Source: a virus
Taxonomy: Duplodnaviria > Caudoviricetes
IMG/VR virus record: IMGVR_UViG_3300016478_000063
Location: 24,800-88,799 of that record
Direction: 5' to 3' (one strand)
Length of the DNA: 64,000 nt
Made by a program: the position numbers and the translations under genes
Shown: piece by piece, positions 19,638-27,561 of the stretch
Layout: every line of letters begins with the position of its first letter
Position numbering within the stretch: position 1 is the first letter of the stretch
Notes under the pieces: generated by a model
Told to the model about the DNA's origin: nothing
What the model saw: the letters and a program-made list of their open reading frames with translations, nothing else
Databases searched by the model: none

Positions 19638-19790
19638 ATGTACAATCTAAGCGACTACATTCCCTACACCGGACAAACCATCTCAGGTACTCACAAAGTG
19701 CTTGCATGGAATAAACAAACGGGGTACTATTTCACAGAAGCCGGATTTTGTATTCTGGACACTAAATTGATTGCTATGGAGGATAAATAA
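19638..19790 (+). CDS. small hypothetical protein
   Basis: ATG 19638 after GGAGG. Confidence 0.4.
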   Translation: MYNLSDYIPYTGQTISGTHKVLAWNKQTGYYFTEAGFCILDTKLIAMEDK

Positions 19791-20078
19791 ATGAAACCAC
19801 TAATCGCTGCCCTTGCTCTTGTATCTTTCTCTGTAATGGCTGAAGAAGATATTTGCCTTGAGCGGGCTTATAAACCTGCTTATCGTATTATGCAAGCCCG
19901 TCAAGTTGGAATCCCTATGCCAGAAGTAATGGCTACTGCCCCTACTGATCTGTGGAAGCAAATCATTATCCGTGCTTATCAGCAAGCACAGTATATGGGA
20001 GATGAATACCGTGAACGTGTAAGTAAAGAGTTTGCTAATGAAATCTACATGCTTTGTCTTACTTATAAAGAAGCATAA
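19791..20078 (+). CDS. exported protein with signal peptide
   Basis: MKPLIAALALVSFSVMA signal peptide; two Cys. Confidence 0.6.
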   Translation: MKPLIAALALVSFSVMAEEDICLERAYKPAYRIMQARQVGIPMPEVMATAPTDLWKQIIIRAYQQAQYMGDEYRERVSKEFANEIYMLCLTYKEA

Positions 20079-20090
20079 ATCTTAGACAAC

Positions 20091-20133
20091 AAAAAGCCCC
20101 AAGGACTACCTATTAAGGCTTTCCAAGGGGCTT
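20091..20133. terminator. bidirectional terminator at the convergence of the two arms
   Basis: AAAAAGCCCC...GGGGCTT; the T-tract is strongest on the minus strand. Confidence 0.6.
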
Positions 20134-20203
20134 AGTCTCTGAGGAATGTTGGAGCACTTAGTTGTGCCCTCTTATTGTTGTTCTTTATTTAATAGGATAA
20201 ATT

Positions 20204-20797
20204 ATGATTCGTGGTAAAAAGTTAGTTTATGGGGTTGGGATAAACGATGCGGATTATCCCGTAACCAAGTATAGCTTACATGAAGGAAAGAAAGTACAAA
20301 CATGGGTGTGTCCATTCTATAAAAAGTGGAGAAGTATGTTACAGCGTTGTTATGACCCAAAGAATATCAACAGGCAGCCAGCGTACATCAGTTGCTTTGT
20401 ATGGGAAGGGTGGCACACTTTCTCTAGCTTCAAATCTTGGATGGAACAGCAGGATTGGGAAGGGAAAGAGCTAGACAAAGATTTGCTAGGAGATGGAAAG
20501 CTATACTCCCCTATCAACTGTTGCTTTCTTTCCCCGGATTTGAACAAGTTCTTATTAGATAGATTCGCTGCTAGAGGAGAATATCCGATAGGCGTTTCGT
20601 GGCATAAAAGGAGAAACAAGTTTCAAGCCAGTTGTAAAAATCCTCTTACAAAGTCTCAAGATTATCTCGGACTGTTTTCTTGCCCTAATGAGGCTCACCT
20701 TGCATGGAAGAAGAGAAAAAGAGAGTTAGCTCTTATACTTGCAGACCAACAAAATGATATTAAAATAGCCAATGCACTCCGCTCTTTATTCCTTTAA
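20204..20797 (+). CDS. free-standing HNH homing endonuclease (family A)
   Basis: YGVGINDADY...CPFYKKWRSMLQRCY...ELDKDLLGDGKLYSPINCCF. Confidence 0.82.
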   Translation: MIRGKKLVYGVGINDADYPVTKYSLHEGKKVQTWVCPFYKKWRSMLQRCYDPKNINRQPAYISCFVWEGWHTFSSFKSWMEQQDWEGKELDKDLLGDGKLYSPINCCFLSPDLNKFLLDRFAARGEYPIGVSWHKRRNKFQASCKNPLTKSQDYLGLFSCPNEAHLAWKKRKRELALILADQQNDIKIANALRSLFL

Positions 20798-21151
20798 TTT
20801 ACTTTCTTGACTACTCCCGTTTACTACAGCAGAATTGTTATTTATAATTCTGCTGTTTTCCCTTTTCCTATTTTCTAGGTTTTGTTGTCTAACTTCTAAT
20901 ACTTCAATACGTCTAGTTGTGTTCACTTGGTATGAGTCTTGATTACTGGCTACGCGGTTAATCTTATCTTCCAAGTACATAAAATTTGACTGATTAGCTT
21001 TGTTTACTTCCTGCCTTAAATCTTGCAGAGCTATTTCATAGTTTGAAAAATCTGTTCTATAATTGTCATTCTTCAAAAGAATTGTCATTATAGTGACGGC
21101 AAGGAGAAGGAAGGTGCAGTTTACAACTAGGTTTAATGTCTTCCAAAACAA
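20786..21151 (-). CDS. membrane-anchored coiled-coil protein (lysis-associated, putative)
   Basis: N-terminal TM helix followed by coiled coil. Confidence 0.5.
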   Translation of the reverse strand: MFWKTLNLVVNCTFLLLAVTIMTILLKNDNYRTDFSNYEIALQDLRQEVNKANQSNFMYLEDKINRVASNQDSYQVNTTRRIEVLEVRQQNLENRKRENSRIINNNSAVVNGSSQESKLKE

Positions 21152-21178
21152 TTCGCCTTTCCTTCTTTCAATGATTGT

Positions 21179-21493
21179 TTACTTCTTCTCTAGGTAGAAT
21201 GTAAGAATCTGTCTAACGTCTGCTCTAACAGCCTCTGTCTGATTTTTTACATCGGCACGGAGGGCTTCATTACCAGCGGTAAGTCTAGTCTCTAGTTCTT
21301 TAAGCTCTTGTTTAGTTACAGAAGTGCGATAAAGCTCTAAAACTTTAGTATTCAGGTCTTTAATTTCTGTTTTATATTCTGCCTTGTCTGCCCAATATTG
21401 TGTTTGGGCAAGAGCCAGCAAGAGCATTAGAAGACCAATAGCAGCCCTCTCAAATAAATTGTTAATGCGGTGATTCGCGTTTTCAATCGCCAT
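21179..21493 (-). CDS. membrane protein (holin/antiholin-like, putative)
   Basis: One TM helix AAIGLLMLLLALA plus coiled coil; follows the spanins. Confidence 0.45.
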   Translation of the reverse strand: MAIENANHRINNLFERAAIGLLMLLLALAQTQYWADKAEYKTEIKDLNTKVLELYRTSVTKQELKELETRLTAGNEALRADVKNQTEAVRADVRQILTFYLEKK

Positions 21494-21596
21494 CTTTAAA
21501 CAGAGCCTCTATCTTTTGGTTATAATCTTTTTGTTTTTCCAATAGAAGCCTATACTCCCCAACACAGGATGTGTTCTTTACATATCCCCGAGCTAA
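21483..21596 (-). pseudogene. orphaned 3' end of the o-spanin gene
   Basis: LARGYVKNTSCVGEYRLLLEKQKDYNQKIEALF matches the intact o-spanin C-terminus at 20/35 aa; its stop overlaps the ATG of the next gene. Confidence 0.85.
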
Positions 21597-21602
21597 CAAG
21601 TC

Positions 21603-21632
21603 TTGACAACCATGTATGTTTTCGAATAATAT
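21603..21632 (+). promoter_or_regulatory. sigma70-like promoter of the antisense HNH cassette
   Basis: TTGACA, then AATAAT/TAATAT 16-18 bp downstream; SD AGAGGA before ATG 21665. Confidence 0.55.
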
Positions 21633-21664
21633 AGTTTTTTTTTCATAACACAGAGGATTCCTAA

Positions 21665-22330
21665 ATGAAAATTGTTCAAACTGTCGGCATAAACGATGCT
21701 GATTACCCAGTAAGCCAATCAGTGAACGGAAAGAGGCAGATTTGCCCATTTTATAAGGTATGGACGGGTATGCTTACTAGGTGCTATAATCTAAAATTTA
21801 AAGAAAGGCGGCCGACCTATAAAGATTGTACCGTGTGTGAGGAGTGGTTGACATTCTCCACATTCCGTTCATGGATGGAGTCTCAGCCTTGGCAAGGTAT
21901 GCGACTTGACAAGGATTTGACGTTTATGGGCAACACCCACTACAGTCCACACACCTGTGCATTTATCCCAAACTGCATAAATTGTATTTTGGGAACCTGT
22001 AAAGCATCTCGCGGGGAACACCCTGTGGGTGTTTCTAAGGAAAAAATTGCCAAAGATATGGTGAACTACCTCAAAAATCCTTTCAGAGCGGAAGTACAAA
22101 CCTTGAATGGAAAACGAAAGCACTTGGGTATGTACTCCACAGCAGCAGAGGCACACGCTGCATGGCAAAAGGGAAAAATAGATGTTATCCGAGAGTATAT
22201 TTTGTGGTGGGAGTTTGATCCATCTGTTAATCAAACTTTTAATACAACAATCGCTGATAATCTATTAGCTATCGCAGAGAAAATAGAACAAGATTTACGA
22301 AAAGGCGTGGAGACATTATCCTACTTTTGA
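21665..22330 (+). CDS. HNH homing endonuclease (family A), antisense insertion in the lysis cassette
   Basis: TVGINDADY...CPFYKVWTGMLTRCY...RLDKDLTFMGNTHYSPHTCAF. Confidence 0.85.
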   Translation: MKIVQTVGINDADYPVSQSVNGKRQICPFYKVWTGMLTRCYNLKFKERRPTYKDCTVCEEWLTFSTFRSWMESQPWQGMRLDKDLTFMGNTHYSPHTCAFIPNCINCILGTCKASRGEHPVGVSKEKIAKDMVNYLKNPFRAEVQTLNGKRKHLGMYSTAAEAHAAWQKGKIDVIREYILWWEFDPSVNQTFNTTIADNLLAIAEKIEQDLRKGVETLSYF

Positions 22331-22593
22331 TACAAGTTTAAAACTTTTTCGTTGTACTGTCTCTGCTTTTCTAACAAAAGCCTATATTGTAATATACAAG
22401 ATGTGTTTATAACATAGGCTTTCGCTAACCTACGCACAGTATCCCCTGCACCTATTGCTTCACAAGGGATAACTAAAAGACTATTAGGGATTTGTACAGG
22501 CACGTCCTTTTGAATGTAAACAACTTTCGGAGAGCATCCTAACAAGATCATCAGGCAACTTACGATCAAGGATGCTTTGAGAATGCAATTCAT
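22321..22593 (-). CDS. o-spanin (Rz1-like lipoprotein)
   Basis: Lipobox LLGC, Pro-rich linker, overlaps the i-spanin 3' end. Confidence 0.8.
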   Translation of the reverse strand: MNCILKASLIVSCLMILLGCSPKVVYIQKDVPVQIPNSLLVIPCEAIGAGDTVRRLAKAYVINTSCILQYRLLLEKQRQYNEKVLNLYQK

Positions 22594-22882
22594 GTTGTTC
22601 CTCTTTATGAGACATTCTGTCCAACTTATCTAAGTAGTCTTGTGTCTTGTCTCTATGCTCTTTTTGTTCTTCTTTGTAATCAGACACTACAGCATCTTGA
22701 ATTTTACAAAGAGATTGTTGTCTTTTCACGCTATTCTCTAAGGTTTTATTCGCTTCTTGACAGAGGGATAAGGATTGCTCTGCCTTAACTTTTTGCCCAT
22801 AAAAAGCATAAGAAACATAACCAAATAAGCCATTTAGAGATAGACTGACAATGAGGAATGTAATTAGTGTACGATTAACCAT
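22484..22882 (-). CDS. i-spanin (Rz-like)
   Basis: N-terminal TM, coiled coil, C-terminal LPDDLVRML..C...C. Confidence 0.75.
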   Translation of the reverse strand: MVNRTLITFLIVSLSLNGLFGYVSYAFYGQKVKAEQSLSLCQEANKTLENSVKRQQSLCKIQDAVVSDYKEEQKEHRDKTQDYLDKLDRMSHKEEQHELHSQSILDRKLPDDLVRMLSESCLHSKGRACTNP

Positions 22883-23135
22883 CTTTATGTTCTTCCCTTT
22901 TACAACTACCTTCTCTTACATCATCTAATCCTTGGTCAATAACCCTCCCGATTAAACCTAATACCCCAAGAGGAATGCCAATAATCAGAATGGTGGTAAG
23001 GGCAAACTCAGAAGTGAGAATGCCCAATACCGATAGACCAGAAATAGAGAGAGCAATGAGAATGTTGGAAAGAATAGAAAGACTTGAATAAGATTTAATT
23101 AAACGAGATTTCCAGTTCTTTGCAAGTCTTTTCAT
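22875..23135 (-). CDS. holin-like two-TM protein
   Basis: True start probably MKRLAKNWK at 23135 (SD GGAG inside the repeat); two hydrophobic segments and a charged tail. Confidence 0.5.
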   Translation of the reverse strand: MKRLAKNWKSRLIKSYSSLSILSNILIALSISGLSVLGILTSEFALTTILIIGIPLGVLGLIGRVIDQGLDDVREGSCKREEHKDG

Positions 23136-23138
23136 AGG

Positions 23139-23197
23139 TGCTCCGTTAATTGGTATCTGCGCTGCGTCGCGGCCACCCGCGTTTTGGGAGAGGGTGG
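23139..23197 (-). repeat. tailspike 3' repeat, copy 1
   Basis: Near-identical to 27490-27544; CCACCC/GGGTGG hairpin, then GC-rich tract, then ACCAATTAACGGAGCA. Confidence 0.85.
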
Positions 23198-23214
23198 CGT
23201 CAGGACGCATGCCT

Positions 23215-25728
23215 CTAGTATGACACGTTGTTTGCAACAACTTTATTTGCACTTGGCGTAGGGTAGGTAGCAGTACCATCAATCACATTCCCTGTAACAG
23301 TAGCGTTTGTGATTTCGGCGTCAGTAAGGGTTACTACGCCCTTGATAAAATTATTTGCAAATACGCACGCTTTGATCAGATTGCTCGATGCAATTACGAA
23401 GCTACTTGTGGCGTCGGTTGCTTGCTGGATCAAATTTCCGACCGCAACCAACGTGCCGGTAAAACCGACTGCATTAAATACCCTAACAGCACCCCCTGTA
23501 ACACCAGCCAGATTATTCCAACTGAATTGGCAGTCATTCACTGTCGATAAAAGCTGGAAGCGCACCTCTCCTGTGTTCCCGTTAAAAACAACTTTTGCAG
23601 CCTGTGGGCGGAATAATTGATTATTTGGGTCAACTCTGAAGTTGCATCCAACAAAGCTGTTTACTGCGCCGTAAAAATCACGTGTCCCGGATGCAGCCGC
23701 GCCCGGATCAAAACTACAGTCGTTGAAGTAGAACGATCCGGTATTTGATGTCGTTCCCGTAAAAGCGAAATACTGCGTATTCCCTGGCTTAATCACAAAA
23801 CGAGAACCGACAGCGTACAGCGAGCCGTTTGCGAATTGCGCTAACCCGACAACTGTGCAGTTGTGCAGATGCACACGGTAGCCGTCCAAAATGTTTAATG
23901 AGCGCTGACTGTCCTGAGCAACAAGAATACAGTTGCTAACACGAATATCACCAGAGTCAAAAGCACCGTTTGTAACGTCAGATTCTGTCAGGATACCGCC
24001 GAACAACTGGCAGTTTTCAACCAGCACGTCTGCGTTGCCGACCGCTATTGCATATGCGACAACCGATGGCCGCATCTGGACAAGCGTGTTGCTGACGCGC
24101 AGCCCGCTCCCCTTGTTTCTAAAGGCGATCCCCCGGGGTGCAGCGCAATCGACCACAGAGCAGTTGGAGATTGTGATCTGGTCGGTGGTATCACCAAAAC
24201 CTGTATTAACCCGACCTAGCACAAACGCGCCGTCAAAGGCCGCACTTTGCGATACGCATCGGTCATAAACAATGTCGTATTCAAAGGCGGTGTGTAGTGT
24301 GTAAGACGCGCTCAACGTATTGCTATCGACGCAATCCGAGGCCGTGATATGCCATGCGACAGTGAAGTCCAAAGTGTGTCGGCATCGCGCACCAATGACA
24401 CGCTTTGCAGTCGAGTTGTAAACGTACTCAAACTGTAAAGCATATCCTTCACCACCGCCTGTTGCAGCAGGGTTTCTGCAATAAATGTCAGATACATGTG
24501 CGTTAAGAGCAAATTGAAATTTCACACCCTTAAACCAAAACCCGACAAAGGTGCAGTTTCTGGCGAAGCAGTTTGCTGTGTATTGGAAAAACACACCACC
24601 CATGCCGTTTGCGCGTGAAGTCTGCCCCGTAGCTACAAACTTGCAGTTTTCAATGCCCGACCCTTCAACTGCGTTGAGTTTAGTAACACTGACCGTTTCA
24701 GAGGCCGTAAGCGCCAAGCGGCGCGTCACATCAGTGGTAATCGTTGCGCCAGAGATCGCAGTAATACGTGCAGTGACGTTTACATAGAGTCCGGGCAGCG
24801 CGGCAGAAGCCGAATCAATCTGCACCACGTCACCAACAGCAAAACCGGCTGCGCTGGCAACAACCATGGCACTTGTGTACTCGGCAGCGTCGGCAGCAAC
24901 TGTCGTAGCGGTCGCTGACAAAGTACCCTTGAACTCAAAAACTCCAGTGTTCAGGCTGTCAAGCCCCGCCCCAGCCCAAATAATCGTGGCACCCTCGCCG
25001 TCGATTGTGAATCCTGAAATGTCTACATTGACCCGAGAAGTTAGCTTATAGGTTCGCCCAGCAAGTTTCAGGCCACGTTTACCACTCGCCTTGCAGTCGG
25101 CAATGGCAGCCACAAATTCCGCTGTGTCATCAGCAACGCCGTCACCAACGGCACCGTAATCCATAACGGAGGCCCAATCGTCGAGTTTTTCCGCGACAGT
25201 GCGCCCCATGTACCCCACCAACCCAGCCCCCTTCGATGGGTCGGTGGCGTTGGCAAGGTCATTCCTTAAAACATCTGTATAACCTTGAGCTTGACCTTCT
25301 ACAATGTCCAACTCCGCTTGTGTAGCAAAATCTTCTACATTCTGGAAGGCAGCAGTACCAAGAGAGGATAGAGTAAGTTCTACGGCATCTAAGCGAGAAT
25401 CAATCTCTGATGGGTTGTCAATTTTTACGGCAGATACGCCATTAAACTGATAGAAATCCCCGTTGCTTTTAATCTTAAAGATAAAAGACTTAGGACAAGG
25501 AGAGCTATACCAAACACTGTCAACACCGAAATAAAATCTATTATCTGCACTATTGAAGTGGGCAGCACCGTTAGACACTGGGGGTAAAGAAGCTACAATG
25601 CTGTCTACATTACCATCAAACATGAAAGAGAACTTTAGTAAGTTCTCATCCATGCCGGTATTCCAATTGTTCTCTCCGTAATTCCACCCGTATTTCCCTT
25701 CAAGAAAAGGGCTTTGTTGTTGAGGCAT
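23215..25728 (-). CDS. tailspike A (beta-helix depolymerase-like receptor-binding protein)
   Basis: VMDYGAVGDGVADDT pectate-lyase-like start and parallel beta-helix repeats; GC-rich after the DLANATDPSKG linker. Confidence 0.8.
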   Translation of the reverse strand: MPQQQSPFLEGKYGWNYGENNWNTGMDENLLKFSFMFDGNVDSIVASLPPVSNGAAHFNSADNRFYFGVDSVWYSSPCPKSFIFKIKSNGDFYQFNGVSAVKIDNPSEIDSRLDAVELTLSSLGTAAFQNVEDFATQAELDIVEGQAQGYTDVLRNDLANATDPSKGAGLVGYMGRTVAEKLDDWASVMDYGAVGDGVADDTAEFVAAIADCKASGKRGLKLAGRTYKLTSRVNVDISGFTIDGEGATIIWAGAGLDSLNTGVFEFKGTLSATATTVAADAAEYTSAMVVASAAGFAVGDVVQIDSASAALPGLYVNVTARITAISGATITTDVTRRLALTASETVSVTKLNAVEGSGIENCKFVATGQTSRANGMGGVFFQYTANCFARNCTFVGFWFKGVKFQFALNAHVSDIYCRNPAATGGGEGYALQFEYVYNSTAKRVIGARCRHTLDFTVAWHITASDCVDSNTLSASYTLHTAFEYDIVYDRCVSQSAAFDGAFVLGRVNTGFGDTTDQITISNCSVVDCAAPRGIAFRNKGSGLRVSNTLVQMRPSVVAYAIAVGNADVLVENCQLFGGILTESDVTNGAFDSGDIRVSNCILVAQDSQRSLNILDGYRVHLHNCTVVGLAQFANGSLYAVGSRFVIKPGNTQYFAFTGTTSNTGSFYFNDCSFDPGAAASGTRDFYGAVNSFVGCNFRVDPNNQLFRPQAAKVVFNGNTGEVRFQLLSTVNDCQFSWNNLAGVTGGAVRVFNAVGFTGTLVAVGNLIQQATDATSSFVIASSNLIKACVFANNFIKGVVTLTDAEITNATVTGNVIDGTATYPTPSANKVVANNVSY
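25226..25260 (-). repeat. tailspike 5' module-junction repeat, copy 1
   Basis: 30/35 nt identical to 29312-29346; encodes DLANATDPSKG; marks the AT-to-GC transition. Confidence 0.8.
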
Positions 25729-25738
25729 ATACCACTCC

Positions 25739-26092
25739 TTATGCGTCTGGTGCTACTGGACGCTTATCTTTATTCGGGAAACCCTCAGACTCAGGATAAC
25801 TTCTCAGAGCCTTTCTATATTCACGCCATTGTGCTACAGAACCAACAGCTTTGGGGTCACTGTCCTGAACTTTATAAAGTTCAATATCAGCACGAAGAAG
25901 CTCTTTATCCCTCCACATCCGCTCTTGAACTTCTAAGTTTGTACTTACCATGTTGAGATGCTTAGTGACAGCATCTGCATCCATCGCTACAAGGTCATGC
26001 TTGCCGTACTTATTACGGTCTTTTTCTGTTTCATAGGCGAAAACTTCGCCTTTTGCGTTCTTGAAGTAGATCATTAGCGTAGCTCCAACCAT
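25739..26092 (-). CDS. tail fibre assembly chaperone
   Basis: YFKNAKGEVFAY...ERMWRDKEL...WREYRKALRSYPESEGFP...RPVAP. Confidence 0.7.
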   Translation of the reverse strand: MVGATLMIYFKNAKGEVFAYETEKDRNKYGKHDLVAMDADAVTKHLNMVSTNLEVQERMWRDKELLRADIELYKVQDSDPKAVGSVAQWREYRKALRSYPESEGFPNKDKRPVAPDA

Positions 26093-26943
26093 TTACGAAG
26101 ATTGACACCACCGCTTGAGGCGAGTCTATAAGTATTGTTAGCAGGGATAATCGGGGAAAATAGTATAGGTGTCCCGTCCCCACCAACAAGGTCAGTGACT
26201 GTCCAAGTTATCCCATTGATGTCGAACGTAAGGCTCCCAACACTCCCGGAGTCCCGCACATCAACCATTAACTGAATGGGGCGGTCAGTTGTATTTGTAT
26301 AAGTTGTGTTAAGAGCACGACTTGCTGTTAAGTCTTGCCATGTTTGATTGATCCCTAATACTTTAGAATCCGCCCACTCCTTTGTACGTAATGGCGTCAT
26401 CAGTGTATTATTAACTACACCCGCTTGGGCTTGAGCTGTGGACGCTACTGTAGTACGGGCGTCCACTTCTGCTTTAGTGTAAGTCTGTGCTTGAGAATAT
26501 ACACTGATGTTATTACGGAATGTAGCAGCATTAGCAATATCACTACCATTAGCTGCTTTACTTAGGAAAGCCCCATTCACTTCTGCTTTAGTGTAGAAGT
26601 CTCCAGCAGAAGCAAATGCAATAATCCAATAAGTATTGCTTAGGTCTGTTTCTGGGTTCTGGTTGGTATGTGTTTGTACACAGCGGTACACAGTGCCGTT
26701 GGTTGGGCCTTGTACATAAGATTTATTAGCTTGGTATTCTGTTGTAGCATCCCACACAGCAACACCGTGTTGGTTGATGTGAGCGATTGCGGTATCCTGA
26801 CGATTATCAAGATAGTTGAACCATTGACGAGGTGGAATTTCAACAGTCCAGCCTGTAGCATATTTCGTATTACCTGGGTCAAGTACATCCCCACCAGAAG
26901 CCCAAGTCAGGCTAAGGTTGGAGGGTTTTAGAATTTGTGGCAT
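26074..26943 (-). CDS. tail fibre protein
   Basis: WASGGD...KYATGW..EIPPRQWFN anchor; C-terminal QTWQDLTASRALNTTYTNTTDRPI knob. Confidence 0.75.
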   Translation of the reverse strand: MPQILKPSNLSLTWASGGDVLDPGNTKYATGWTVEIPPRQWFNYLDNRQDTAIAHINQHGVAVWDATTEYQANKSYVQGPTNGTVYRCVQTHTNQNPETDLSNTYWIIAFASAGDFYTKAEVNGAFLSKAANGSDIANAATFRNNISVYSQAQTYTKAEVDARTTVASTAQAQAGVVNNTLMTPLRTKEWADSKVLGINQTWQDLTASRALNTTYTNTTDRPIQLMVDVRDSGSVGSLTFDINGITWTVTDLVGGDGTPILFSPIIPANNTYRLASSGGVNLRKWLELR

Positions 26944-26964
26944 ATTTATTTCCTCAGAATTTAA

Positions 26965-27441
26965 TTATTTAAGACCAGAAAGGCAAAGTTCTTTTTCTTG
27001 TTCACGTCTTTTGGCAAGGCCACGGAGTTCTTTACCTTTTGCAAATCTCCACCTTGGAAGTTCATTACAAGCCCCAACCCTGTCCCCGGTGTTTAGTTTA
27101 CGGAGTAGGGTGGAACTTCTTAGATTTCCGCTCCCTACGTTGTATACAAAAGAAAGGTAAGCTGCGTGTTCTTGTTCAGATAAAGGTACTTTAACAAGAC
27201 GCATTAGTTCTTTATTGTGTTTACTAAGGTCTTCAGCTAATTGCTCTAAGCACTCATCTTCTGTGAACTTCTGACCTATGCGTAAAGACTTATCTACATG
27301 TCCATAACAGGATGTAATGATTCCTACAGGATCAACATAAGTACCCAAGACAAGTCCTTCGTGTGTTGCAATCCCTACACCCGCTGTTGCAAGAGATGCG
27401 GATAAACCAAGAGCTAAAAGTTTTTGTTTAATCTTGTTCAT
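26965..27441 (-). CDS. endolysin, GH24 lysozyme, probable SAR type
   Basis: HEG-x8-D-x5-T catalytic triad (EGLVLGTYVDPVGIIT); weakly hydrophobic Gly/Ala-rich N-terminus. Confidence 0.88.
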   Translation of the reverse strand: MNKIKQKLLALGLSASLATAGVGIATHEGLVLGTYVDPVGIITSCYGHVDKSLRIGQKFTEDECLEQLAEDLSKHNKELMRLVKVPLSEQEHAAYLSFVYNVGSGNLRSSTLLRKLNTGDRVGACNELPRWRFAKGKELRGLAKRREQEKELCLSGLK

Positions 27442-27489
27442 GTAAGACCTTTAGAAAAGCGTAGGAGATGAACACGGTGGTCAATGCTT

Positions 27490-27544
27490 TGCTCCGTTAA
27501 TTGGTGCTGCGCTACGTCGAGGCCACCCTCGTTTGGGAGGGCGG
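27490..27544 (-). repeat. tailspike 3' repeat, copy 2
   Basis: Near-identical to 23139-23197; 8-bp hairpin CCGCCCTC/GAGGGTGG. Confidence 0.85.
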
Positions 27545-27561
27545 TGTTCTGGGATTTATTG

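Noticed and set aside
21597-21749. N-terminal part of ORF 21749-21483
   Set aside because: Antisense to the HNH start and promoter; only the last ~37 codons (spanin remnant) are meaningful.
23136-23282. N-terminal extension of ORF 23282-22875
   Set aside because: It reads through the spike 3' end and the repeat; the real start is ATG 23135 with SD GGAG.
27428-27484. TIR-like start (MTTVFISYA) in a mini-ORF
   Set aside because: Only 18 codons; at most a donor-gene remnant, not a functional TIR domain.
23139-27544. Diversity-generating retroelement or integron attC interpretation of the spike 3' repeats
   Set aside because: No reverse transcriptase or template/variable repeat pair with A-specific mismatches in the window, and no RYYYAAC/GTTRRRY cores.
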